The translations under genes were made by a program, and so were the position numbers. A stretch of DNA of 58,924 bases, the filler included, from Bipalium vagum (taxonomy: Eukaryota): the NCBI GenBank assembly GCA_037834085.1. It is 3 parts of 3 records of this genome, joined end to end, with 100 filler letters (N's around TTAATTAATTAA, not from the genome) between each part and the next. Parts side by side here need not be neighbours in the genome. Positions count along the whole stretch, not along the records: positions 1 to 18,131 come from JBBMKC010039998.1; 2 more parts are not named here. One strand, written 5' to 3'. The notes beneath the pieces were generated by a model. It was not told where the DNA came from and made no database searches. It saw only the letters and a list, made by a program, of their open reading frames with translations. The first letter of the stretch is position 1, and the number at the start of each line of letters is the position of its first letter. Of the stretch, positions 1 through 11,094 are shown one piece after another.

Positions 1-68
<68 letters not shown>
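1..68. repeat. (AAT)n microsatellite at window start
   Basis: About 22 perfect AAT units. Confidence 0.95.
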
Positions 69-438
69 TGATTAATTATACTTTAGCAAAATAATTTATT
101 AATTTTACTAAATTGGTAATAATTATCAACTTAAAATTTAGTAACCTGTTAATATTTGAAAAATTGATTTAAACATGTATTTTTTGTACTTGTCATTTAA
201 ATTAAAAATACAAATTTGATAATAATATCTGCAAAACATTGCAAAATCAGGAAAATGTATCTTTTATTTTAATAAGCCATTTAATATTCTAAATATGTCA
301 TTATCTCTGTCTGACATTCTGCTATAAAATGATGAACTCACTTTTTTAATTATTTTTTTGATTTAGATTATTTTAATAATATAAATATAGATTTAATCGA
401 ATCTTTGTCTTTTTTATTAAGTAATCATTGAAGATTAG

Positions 439-1075
439 TATTGGGTAGTCTAAAAATTTTCCGCAAATTTTGGTAAAATAAAAAAGTTAGAAAATAAATT
501 CGAATTGAAAATTTTATTAAATTACATAAGACAATGTCTTGCCATTTTTTTGGTAAAGCCAAAATTCTGTCACGGTAATTTTTTAATGTATTGGCAAAAA
601 AGTGAGATAAGTGTTTTTCACACTCCTATTTTGATTTTAATTTTACACTATTAAGGGAGTACTGTGATGAGCGAAAAAGATGATAGTCTGACGGTGCTAT
701 ATCAGGATTATATGGAAGATGCAACAAAATTTCTCAATCAAGATCCCTCAACTTTTGCTGCGTCATGAAAAATACAGTATCTGCTCCATAAACAGCATTA
801 ATCTTTTTAGTTTAAATCTGTGTAGCATTTTTACCTTTCAAGAAATAAAATTTCATTATATATCGCATTTCTGTTTTATTTATATCCATTTCTAAAGATG
901 AATAAAATTTTATTAATTAATCAAAATGCCTACTTTTTAAAGTTATTGGAATGCTAGGATTATAATAAATTATAAAATGATATATTAAAACAAAATCACT
1001 TTCAATCAAACTACATAAAGAACATTTTCACCGCCTATAAACAAAATTAGCGGAAACTTTTTAGACTACCCAATA
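439..1075 (-). mobile_element. Non-autonomous, internally deleted mariner element with intact TIRs
   Basis: Inverted termini TATTGGGTAGTCTAAAAATTTTCCGCAAATTTT (439) and AAAATTAGCGGAAACTTTTTAGACTACCCAATA (to 1075), with TA flanks. The minus strand encodes HLPYNPDIAPSDYHLFRS, matching the mariner YSPDLAPSDYHLF motif. Confidence 0.88.
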
Positions 1076-1518
1076 TTTATATATTCATCTCAATCACATT
1101 TTCTGAAGCTTTTTGTAATAAGAAGACCATTTAATACCAAATTATTTTCCTTTAATTTGATTTTTTAATCCAGCAATAATAGTTAATGAAATTTGTTAAT
1201 CAAAAAGTGCAGTATAATCATTATAATTTTTATTATTATTTATAAATATCGAGCAACAATATTTGAAAATGATCTTTTTAAAATAATTAATGAAATATAA
1301 AAATTCAGAAGGTCATCTAAAAGATAAATAAAAATATTTAAACTATAAAATAACAAAATGATTTAATTCTTAAAACGTTAAAATTAAATTAATTTTTGTG
1401 TTTGAAGTATTGATTTTATTTTTTATGGAAATGGAAATAATTGTGTAAAATAAATATGAGATCATTGATTATCCTAAATATATTTTTTGTATTAATTTAT
1501 ATAATATACAATATAATA

Positions 1519-1520
<2 letters not shown>

Positions 1521-1576
<56 letters not shown>
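1521..1576. repeat. (AAT)n microsatellite
   Basis: About 18 AAT units. Confidence 0.9.
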
Positions 1577-1577
<1 letters not shown>

Positions 1578-1715
1578 TAATTTTTTATAATTCCATAAAT
1601 TTCATATTATTTACATTATATTTTTGATAATTATTATTTAATAAAAGAAAAAGTGATATAACATTTGAAATATATATATGAAAGTCTTCATGATGATAAT
1701 ATCTCTTTAATGTAG

Positions 1716-2122
1716 AAGTAGATAAAGAAACCACTCTAAAGTGTCTTGTTGCTGCCGTTGATGGAATTAACGAAAATCTCAAATATTGTCCTCTTACACT
1801 TAGATCGCTTTTTAATCTCATTCAGGTATGATGTTTATTTTTCTTAATTTAACTTTTCTTTCCTGATTGATGGATTTCTTAATGAATATTATAGGTGGAA
1901 ATTGAGCGGTTACATCCCAACTTCGATGATACAAATTTAGATGTTATTAAGAGTGAAGGTAAGCCAGATGGAATTCATTATCGAGTGGTAAACAATCTTG
2001 TATTGTTTCGATTTTTCTGTGCTGTATTGAATTCACGAGGAGAACGCCAAGATGAATATATGAGGAAAATTTCTGAAAGTATTCGTAAGAAAAAAGATGA
2101 TAGATTATCAGATTTTCCAAAG
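1716..2122 (+). CDS. Divergent RasGAP-domain protein, exons 1716-1825 and 1895-2122 (gene 5'-incomplete; span <1716-4925)
   Basis: GT-AG intron 1826-1894 (69 nt, phase 0). The translation ...NLKYCPLTLRSLFNLIQ|VEIERLHP...YRVVNNLVLFRFFCAVLN... resembles the RasGAP CPxxLRxxF helix and the FLRxxxPA signature. Donor AAG|GTAAGT at 2122. Confidence 0.62.
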
Positions 2123-2899
2123 GTAAGTATTTGTTCTATTTTTTTTAATTTCCAAGATTATCAAAAGATTTCGATTTTTAAATCTAATTAAATCATGATA
2201 AAATGCTGATTTCTAAAGTAGATAAAGACCAGGGTTATTGAAAATAATGTAATACACGTTTTCTTTTGAAAATTCAGATTTATCAACAAGTTGGAAATTG
2301 ATCTTATTATTAAAACATTTATATATTTTAAATATTGATTAGGTTTTATTGATTTTACTTATAATTATAATAATCATGTAATTCTTCAAACTTTTGTTTT
2401 TTTCTTTAAAAGTTATGGTCTTAGAACTATATTCCGGTTCTCTTTCAATTTCAAAAAAGACCCAAGCAAAGCATTAGATCGCACAGTCAAAGATATCAAT
2501 AAGTTATTTATAACAAATTTTTACTGTAAACACAAAGTAAGGCAATGCACGACAACATGAGATCACTTATGATACACATTACTGTGGCAAATTAAAGGAT
2601 ATGATAGGACCTCTCATCCATTAAATTTCACCTTTTCAGAAGCTTAGTCAAAGCTGTACGAAATGAGCACTACATCAACTGATCATCTACCATTTTTATC
2701 TTCAATAAATGTTTATCAATGTTAAACAGAGTTTTACAAAAAAAGATTGGTTATCTTCAGTCCTTTATCAATATTTTTTGTTAATTAAATTGGATTTCAA
2801 TTTTCATAATATATTTATTAAAAGATTAAATATATATCATTTATCTTAACTATACAAGAAAAACTGAATATATCAAACTATACTTTATTATGCAAAACA

Positions 2900-4082
2900 A
2901 CTACATATTTTTCAATATAAGATCCAAAAACATCTGTACACTTATGCCATCGATTCACTTAATCCAGAAACCCTTCTTCGTATAAGATTTTTTAATATGA
3001 ATGGAGGATTCCTGCACGCTTTCTTTCTGCTACTTGCCAGAGTCAAAGATTTTCCCCCGTAAATCATTCTTCAGTCATCGGAAGAAATAGAAATCGCTTT
3101 GAGATCAGGGCTATATGGTGGGTGAGGAACAAGAGAAAACCCACAGACTGCATTTTTTGTAACTGATTCCTGGGTTTGAATATTGGTGCAATATAATGCA
3201 ATAGTCAGAGATCTTGATTTTTTCTCTTCCTGTGGACTTTTCGTGCCTCCTGGATTAGCTAAGCATATTAGTGTGAGTTGATTTTCACGTCTGATCTACC
3301 AAAGTTAACCTTCACAATACTATTGATATCCCAGAAAGTGGTTAGCATGAAAATCTTTTTGTGTGTTGTGGCTGTTCGCATCTTTAATGCTGGTTTTCTT
3401 GAGGCAAAGTACACTGATATGATTATTGTTTGGTCACTGTAATATTGACACTTAATGGAGATTCCTTTTCCGTGAAGATATTGTGCTAAAAAGCATTTCC
3501 CAAGCTTTTAAACATGGCCAAATACCTCTGGCAACACTCCAGTCGGCGTTGCTGCATTTCACCAGTCAGGAAGCGTGGAACAAAGCTGGAGCAAAGTTTA
3601 CGGATTCCAAATTCTGTCAGCATATCTTTTTCCTTTAGAGACGTTCAATCATTTTGTCAAGTGTCTGGTAAATACTCGTCTCTCTAGTTGTACCATTTCC
3701 AACAATTTATAAGATTTTTCAGAACTAATTTCTACAGGTCTGCCAGGCTTGTCAAAAACTGTTCTATCTTTTTTAAACTGGTGAATCCAACTGTGGATGG
3801 ACAATCATTCTTGTGTACACACTGAAGTTCACTGATGATTTGTTCATTACTGTTTCCGTTCAACAGAAGAAATTTAATGACACTGTGAATTCAAATGAAT
3901 CTAACATTTCATCAAGTCAATTTGAATATGAACCAATAAATATATAAACAACATATAGATTAGTAAAACAAAATAAATAATTATTACTTACATAAACACT
4001 ATTATTAATGTTGAGGATATGAATTAGGTATTTACTAAATTGTTTTCTGATAGAGTTAAGGTACTTAACAGGCACACCATAT
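2900..4082 (-). mobile_element. Near full-length decayed mariner transposase inside the RasGAP-like intron
   Basis: Minus strand reads KPGRPVEI, KLCSSFVPRFLTGEMQQRRLECC, TTFWDINSIV, PHPPYSPDL and C-terminal NRWHKCTDVFGSYIEK, with many stops and frameshifts. Confidence 0.8.
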
Positions 4083-4429
4083 ATATATATTTGTTTGTTA
4101 ATAAATCAGTGTTAAACTTGGTAGAAGATGGGATGAAAGAAAATGATCGAATTGTTCTAAATATTGTGTGAATTAATTCGGTAAGTTTGTATGTTAATTA
4201 AATTCGCCCAGGTCAAAAATTCCTTTTTTCAAACTTCTCGATAATTATATATATGAAACCAGTTGACTAGGTTGATAATTTTTTTTATAAAGTCACATAA
4301 ATATAGAACATTCAATTTTTTTCAACATGACTTATTCAAATCAATAAATTACGTTTAAGAAGTCAGAAACATAAAATATATTAATAAATATTCATCATTT
4401 ACTTTTCTAACATTGAATGACAATTTCAG

Positions 4430-4925
4430 ACAGTTACACCACATTTGAAGCTGAACGATTTCTTGCTGGCACTTTCACGTCTAATTGTACGTACTTATTC
4501 TCAAATAAAAATCAAAGACCCCTATGAAATATTCGGTTCGTGGATGGAAGAATGCAGAGATCGGACTATTAGGGATTTCACCATGGAATTAACTGTTTGC
4601 GTTTGATTTATTTTTTTGAGTTGTGGAATTGATTTTTTAGAGACCTCTTTCACAAAAGGAAAAGGATGCAATGGTTCAACAGTTGGAAACGGAATCACAG
4701 ACCATCTGTCGTCTTTCATCATTATCCAGGAGATTCAACGATGTACTGGAATTTCTTACCAATTTACAAGAACAGCCAGCAAGTTTTTCCAAAGCCTTTA
4801 AAGGCCAAGACAAGATCAGTTTTAATAACAAATTCCATGTCATAAGTCCAGAATTAAGTAATATCATTGAAGAAATAAATTTGAAAAAATCATGCAATAG
4901 TCAAACGTTGATTGAGCGTTTATAG
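4430..4925 (+). CDS. Divergent RasGAP-domain protein, last exons 4430-4594 and 4641-4925
   Basis: Phase-0 acceptor TTTCAG|ACA at 4430 is compatible with the donor at 2122. 46-nt GT-AG intron 4595-4640. NDFLLALSRLIV...KDPYEIFGSWMEECRDRTIRDFTMELT resembles the RasGAP RTLxLxAKxxQ...KEPYM...FLxEL region. TAG at 4925 is followed by AATAAA at about 4940. Confidence 0.62.
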
Positions 4926-5573
4926 AAAAATATTGATTGAATAAATGTTTTGTCTTCATTTTCATTTCTACGTATTATGAGGGGAGAAAAAAGTTGTTTT
5001 GTTGTTTGTATTATTACAGTCCATTAAATATGAACCTCTAAATTAATTGATGAAAATAAAAGATTTGTTTAAATATTCTTCATATTATTTGTTAAATTTT
5101 TTGTGGCGCAAGAACCAATATTTTGTAGAAAAAAGATAATTTCAGATTTGAAAACAGGAGAACAATGATATATAACATGTATTTAAGGTTCCTGAATAAG
5201 TGGAAGAAGTATGTGTTTGAATTAATATTGCAACAATCCTGAAATCCGGATCTAGAACCATCATATTTTTATTAAAATTTTATGCATTAATCTCTCAATA
5301 TGGTAAATTTAGGTTCTATGCAGGAGTTTTGGGAATATTTGCTAATTTTCTATGGATTTCAAGAAATTTATCGATGATGGAGCGATGACTACTTGAAATA
5401 TTGAAAAAGATTATGAATATAAGAAATGTATATTTTTTTAAAATGATACATTTAGTCTAATTTTTATATTCAATTTCTAAAATAAACAAATTCCCCAAAA
5501 TTTAATTATCAGAAATTGATAATATTTAAATGATTATTGTTAATAGATTTTTGTCAATAACATTATTATTACA

Positions 5574-6215
5574 ATGGTTTTCAAGAAAAAGAAAGTTGAA
5601 GGTGAAAATATTAGAAATGCCGATTTTGGTTTATTGCTTGAACAATCTATGCCGAACCAGAATATCAATTCATGCATGGTTAATAGAAGAGTTCAAGGTA
5701 TAAATATACCGCTTGATTTAAGCTTCTTTTTGCTTGGTAGCGGATCTATTGCCCTTATGATATTAATGAGAATTACATGTCCTAAAACAATAGTAGAATT
5801 CAATGGATATGTATTAGGAGCAATTCTTTTATTAATTGGATTTATAAATTCAATTACTTCATTTGCTTTATCTGTTTACTCGTCATTAACTAGATTATTT
5901 TCATATTTAACCTGTATAATGATTTTGTTTTTGTATCTTATTTTTGAACTAATTAATTTAAAAGAAATACATTTTGTTCTGTATATACAAAAAAGGAAAA
6001 GACTCTTGAATTGTAAGGCCATTAATTTTCTATTTTATACATCCGTTGGATTTATGGTTATTGCATTATTAGGATTAATTTTATGTCTAATTGGTGGATT
6101 TTTATCAATGGATCAGTTTATGTACGAAAATGAGCATCGTACGCGAATACATTCAAATGATGATAGTTTTGAATTGGTGAATAAAATAAACACCGTAAAT
6201 ATAGGAAGATTATAA
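5574..6215 (+). CDS. Intronless 213-aa four-transmembrane protein, tetraspanin-like topology but no CCG-containing large loop
   Basis: Long ORF for such AT-rich DNA, good start context (ACAATGG) and AATAAA right after the stop. Four hydrophobic segments: LSFFLLGSGSIALMILM; YVLGAILLLIGFINSITSFAL; LFSYLTCIMILFLYLIFELI; FLFYTSVGFMVIALLGLILCLIGGFL. Confidence 0.78.
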   Translation: MVFKKKKVEGENIRNADFGLLLEQSMPNQNINSCMVNRRVQGINIPLDLSFFLLGSGSIALMILMRITCPKTIVEFNGYVLGAILLLIGFINSITSFALSVYSSLTRLFSYLTCIMILFLYLIFELINLKEIHFVLYIQKRKRLLNCKAINFLFYTSVGFMVIALLGLILCLIGGFLSMDQFMYENEHRTRIHSNDDSFELVNKINTVNIGRL

Positions 6216-6347
6216 AATAAAATTGTTTTTTAGAGACTGATTTGTTTATTCATATCAATTAATCTTATCGTAACTGTTTTTAAACAACACCAATTTGAAT
6301 AATAAATATAATTTTTTTGGAAAATATTTTTCATTAGATTCAACAGA

Positions 6348-6958
6348 ATGCCTCCTAAAAGAAAAGTAGCAGCAACAGTACAAAAGGCATCAGCCGTGAA
6401 AAAATTAAAATCTGAAAATCAAAAAATCAAAACAGGTTATTAAGACCATTTTCAGGAAATAACATATATTTCATCTTCAGCTCTAACAAAATGTGCCTCA
6501 TTTACCAAAAAAACGCATATCATTGACAAAGAAGCTCGTAATATATTTAGTGGCGGCAATGTAGGCTTAAAGTTATATTGATTTGAAAATTGATAGTGTA
6601 CAGGTAGTTGATGACTATGACTGCATGTTGAACCAAACTAATATTGACGGGAATAACAACAAATATTACGTCTTGCAGATGATTTGGTATAATGGCGGGT
6701 ATTACGTTTGGACACGATGGGGAAGAGTTGTTAGTATTACATTAACAGGAAATGTGTTTTGTTATAATTATTGACAAATAGGGAGAATCTGGTCAAAATT
6801 TGAAGTTTGGGCCTTTTGCTAATGAACAAGGCGCTTTTAAGATTTTCAATAAAAAATTTGTTGACAAAACTAAAAATAGTTGGGATAATCGAAATAATTT
6901 TAAGCCTGTTAAAGGAAAATACACTCTGCTTGAAATGGGAAACGAGAAGGAAGATGAG
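6348..6958 (+). CDS. PARP3: PARP3-like ADP-ribosyltransferase, exons 1-4 (basic N-terminus and WGR domain); whole gene 6348-16329
   Basis: Exons 6348-6435, 6481-6560, 6604-6729 and 6782-6958 are joined in frame by 43-52-nt GT-AG introns. Translation MPPKRK...DYDCMLNQTNIDGNNNKYYVLQM...WTRWGRV|GESGQ...FNKKFVDKTKNSWDNRNNFKPVKGKYTLLEM is a WGR domain. No zinc finger or BRCT domain. Confidence 0.93.
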
Positions 6959-7479
6959 GTACGTCTCTATTGATAATTTACTCTCATTAAAAAGAATAGT
7001 TTTATCTATAATCAATATTATTCGAAGTTGCACAAAATTGTCATCGGATAGTCGTCCTGTATGAAATGCTGAGTTTTAATACCAATTTTAAAATTTTTTC
7101 TTATTCAAGAACGGTTTAATTTATTACGTTAAATTAAGTTTAAATATTATCAAAATGACTAATATAAAATTTATTTTGATTATTTTCCAATTTCGATTTA
7201 TTATCTTTAAAGAGTACAATAAAAATCATACCGTGTGATGAAGGTAACTTCATATGGTGTACTCAATCTACGTGAAGTGAAGATAAGAATGTACAATACC
7301 ATTGAGTATCGGTCTTTTTCGAAATATAAACTGAGTTTGAGAGCAAATAGACGAGGTCCGGAAAAAAAACGAACCCCATTCATTATGATGAAAAGTAATA
7401 TTATAAAAACTAATAAAGATGTATCAATTTTTTATTCACATAAGACGTTAAATTAAAAAAAAATTATAATTTGTGTTCA

Positions 7480-7830
7480 AAACGCCCATATTTTGCTTAA
7501 ACACATGCTTTCTTACACACTCTTCACTGACCAATACCTGCTCTCGATAATTCAGTACTTCCAATACAGTGATATGAAGAGGTTGTCTATCATCGCTTAA
7601 GATAAGGTCTTCAATTGTTTTGATATTTTTGTTTTTTCGTGCAGTTCTAGGTCTACCGCTACCCTTGCGATGATTAGACTATCCCATTCGATCAATTTTT
7701 CTTATGATAGCATTTAGTTCTCATATATATGTTTTCTTATTTCATAAGGTTACATGATTATTGACAGCTTAGTCTTTCAAATCAAAATCCCTAAACTTTT
7801 ATAAAATTTAATTCAATCATTTTTTCTTTG
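7480..7830 (-). mobile_element. Tc1/maT-like transposase N-terminal relic in PARP3 intron 4
   Basis: Minus strand reads RKGSGRPRTAR (GRPR motif) followed by a degraded helix-turn-helix region. Confidence 0.45.
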
Positions 7831-8849
7831 CCAATTAATAGTAATGAAAAATAATTATTTTAATGAAATTTATTAAAAAAAACACGAATGATCGTTTGGA
7901 ATCTACAATTTCATTTTGGACAATAAAGTTTACAAATAATGAACGAAATTGACGTTTTTCAAATTTTTTGTGATCAAATAATATTTGATCTGTAAATACC
8001 AATTTAATAAAGGATTTTTGAAAAAAAATAAGTTAACTTCCTTAATAAATTAGTTTGTTCAGAAAACTGAGAAAATTTTCAGATATCGTTTTTATCTAGG
8101 GATAGCTCGACATATTTCTGTAATATTTTCCGTAATATCCATCACAATCCTTCTCTAAAATTTTGTTTATTTCTGTCTGAAATCTGATTAATATCTGTTG
8201 CTTAGTATCTGAGGCTTACCAACAAGAAGTTCTACCCTTTCAAGACAATGGAATCAGAAAAATTCACTAGGCAGACCAAAATATATATTATATTTTATTT
8301 TATTAATATGCATAAAAACGTTCCTTAAATTCACTTGGTTTTCCTTAAATCGATAAGTATAAACGTTAATTAAATAAAAATTAAAATAAATGTGTTTTAA
8401 ACAATAAAAAAATGTTTAAAATTTTTAATTAAAAGATTTTCTTCCAAATTTTTAAAAATTGAATTTTAAAAAATTCATTTTAATAATCACGGGGCAAATA
8501 TAATTTTTATTTTCAATACCATTATGAAAAATTTTGTCACTCGTAAATAGTATTTTAAAACTACCAAATATACAAAGTTTTGATTAAAAATAATATTTTC
8601 TAAAATTAAAAAGAAAAATACAATATAAATTAACAAGTCAATGATAAGTTAAGTTAGCTGAATAATGATAAAAACCGTACGATTATGTGTTACAAGCTCA
8701 AAATAAATTACACTTTCATAATTCCACCATGCATTGATCATTATCTTTTCCTAAATCGATTCTTTTGGCACTTGTTGCTCGAAGTTGGCAATGAAATATC
8801 TTTTTTTTTCATTTAATTTATAAAACAGATCCATTTTTCATTTTTAGTA

Positions 8850-9300
8850 GCAATGCAACGCTAAAAATTTTGCAAAAAAATTTTTACAGATTTCTAAGCG
8901 CCTTTACCCTGGCGTTTCGACAAACCAGGCGGATCTAATCTAGGTCATTTATAGTTGTATCCAAGTTTTCTCAAGTATCGATTAATGGTGTCTTGATTTT
9001 TCAATCATCGTATATAAATCCCGTGTGTAATTAATTATTGCGTACTGTAGAACACCTCCAATTATCACAGATCTTCTTTGAAGGAGCTTATCTTCTAACA
9101 GAGACTAGTATCTCTGTTTTGAACCAATTGAGACTGTACTATTGGCAGTGATACATTTCCCTGCAATATCACAAATAGTCCTTGTGGTGGCAGCAATGGT
9201 AAATCCTATTTTCCAATAACGAAGCATCACACTTCGAATTAAAATTTTCTGTATTCCTTGAACTGTCATCATAAATTCAAGAACATCGATGTTGTCTAAA
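8850..9300 (-). mobile_element. Mariner transposase N-terminal relic
   Basis: Minus strand reads IRSVMLRYWKIGFTIAATTRTICDIAGKCITANSTVS, then WFK and DTSL after frameshifts; resembles the first mariner HTH. Confidence 0.55.
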
Positions 9301-10082
9301 CAAAACTTACAAATATAGTTTGTTAATAAAATGTCGATGGTATCAGATTTTTAAGAATTTTTTATAAAAAAATATTTGTTTGAATAAAAGAAAATTAAGC
9401 TATCAAAATCACGGAAACTTTTGATACAAACTAATAAGTAAATCATGAACATCATGATTACAAGCTCTACAATTTTAGAGCATCCACACAGTAACATTGA
9501 GTGCAGACCGACAAAAATTTAACCAGTAAACGGCTTCTAACGGTGTAATTTTAATACAGTAGATTGAAAACGAGAAACTGACAACATCCGGGTATTAAAA
9601 AAGTAACGCCGAATGTCATTATCAATCGACGATGACAATTTTTCGTTACATTATTAACACCTTGTACATCAAATAAGTACGAGTTTAATAATTTTGAATT
9701 AAAAAGGAAATAGACAATCAATGTGTAAATGAATGATTTACCTAACCATAGAAAAATAAAATAAAGTCTGGATTGCAGTAATTGTAATATTTTCTTTCAC
9801 TCCTTTTATGGTTTTTCTTTTCACATAACCATTCTATCTGGAGAACACAAATTTCGCCTACCGGGTCTCTTCGATTAAAACAAGTTAAAATTAAATTAAG
9901 TCGAATTAAAAGTCTTTGATTGTTTCACTGAAATTGCGATGATTAATATATTTTTTATTTGAAAAATATGATTTGTTTCCTTTCATTTTGCAGTTATATT
10001 TTAACTCGAAAATATTTTTTGATTTCTTTAATCATTTTTGATTACATCAGTAACGACCGCTTTTTTTAAAAAAATAAAATAC

Positions 10083-11094
10083 TGTAAGGCTCCTGAGGTC
10101 GTTATCTATGATTTTAGAGTGACGAGAACGATAGGATGATTGTTAGAAACAATTACTCGGTATCGTTCAGTTATTGGGAAATTTTCTTTAGCAAAACTTT
10201 GTTTAATGGTACAATGGTACAGTGGTAATGTATATTCATTGTAATTCTGTATTATGTTACGTAACTATGTTAGTTTATATATTGTTGTTAGTTATGGAGT
10301 CTATAACTATTATAATATAGACTATAATGTAGAAAGTTGTGACATTAAAGAATTTATGACACCTTTGTACTTTATGGTATTTATGATATTTTTAAGTTGG
10401 TTTGGTAAGATTTTTATGAATCTATAACATTTATTGAATGTGACTACTACTTATTGTTGTTAATTGCTATAGTTTATAGTTCAGTGAGCTTTATCATAAT
10501 TTAAATAGAACACTCACATTATAATCGATGTAGAGTACAGTAATGCAAACATTATCAGTAAAATTTATTGTAAAGCGTTCACTCATTACCACGATTCTTT
10601 AATAAATCAGTTAATCAAATTAAATGGAAATAATAAAATTGTTATTTTATATAATTACTTTTGTAGATTGGATTTAGATATTGGCCATTGTGAAACTTGG
10701 ATTCATTACGATGTATTTATGATTGCTATAAAGAATTAGGAAGTCCATAAAGATTAGGAAGTACATTCTTACAACAAGATGAAGTGTTATATTAAATGAG
10801 CTTGGTTGAAGAATTTTATAGATAGAACTTGTCAATCAATATTTTTGAAGCCACTCACTCTAGGACAGATCATTTCGAGAATTTTTTTGTTGAGAAATAT
10901 ATAAGAACATTTTCATGTTTATATTCTCTATTATTATAAAGACAAATAATCCTGTGGGTATATATTATATATGTATGTAAAATAGACTAATTTGTTGTTT
11001 TATGTAAAGAGTAAATTGTGATGATAGTGTATATTATTTTGTTATATATTGTTAAATTTGTATTTTGATTTAGAACAGAATTATTGGGTTTACA
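10083..11094. mobile_element. Possible solo-LTR-like repeat
   Basis: TGTAA...TTACA termini and a strongly T/G-skewed non-coding interior; no target-site duplication found. Confidence 0.25.

Noticed and set aside
1-68. Inverted (AAT)n and (ATT)n ends suggesting telomeres of a minichromosome
   Set aside because: The same microsatellite occurs internally (1521, about 18280), contigs commonly break at such repeats, and the two ends belong to different spacer-joined contigs.
2413-2502. Possible 90-nt extra exon in the RasGAP-like intron (YGLRTIFRFSFNFKKDPSKALDRTVKDIN)
   Set aside because: It is open only in phase 2 while the flanking exons join directly in phase 0, so it would need unsupported micro-exons. 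Not excluded without RNA data.
4522-4897. Minus-strand and alternative-frame ORFs overlapping host exons (also 1585-1821, 6737-7064, 46842-47042)
   Set aside because: Shadow ORFs of real coding exons with no independent motifs.
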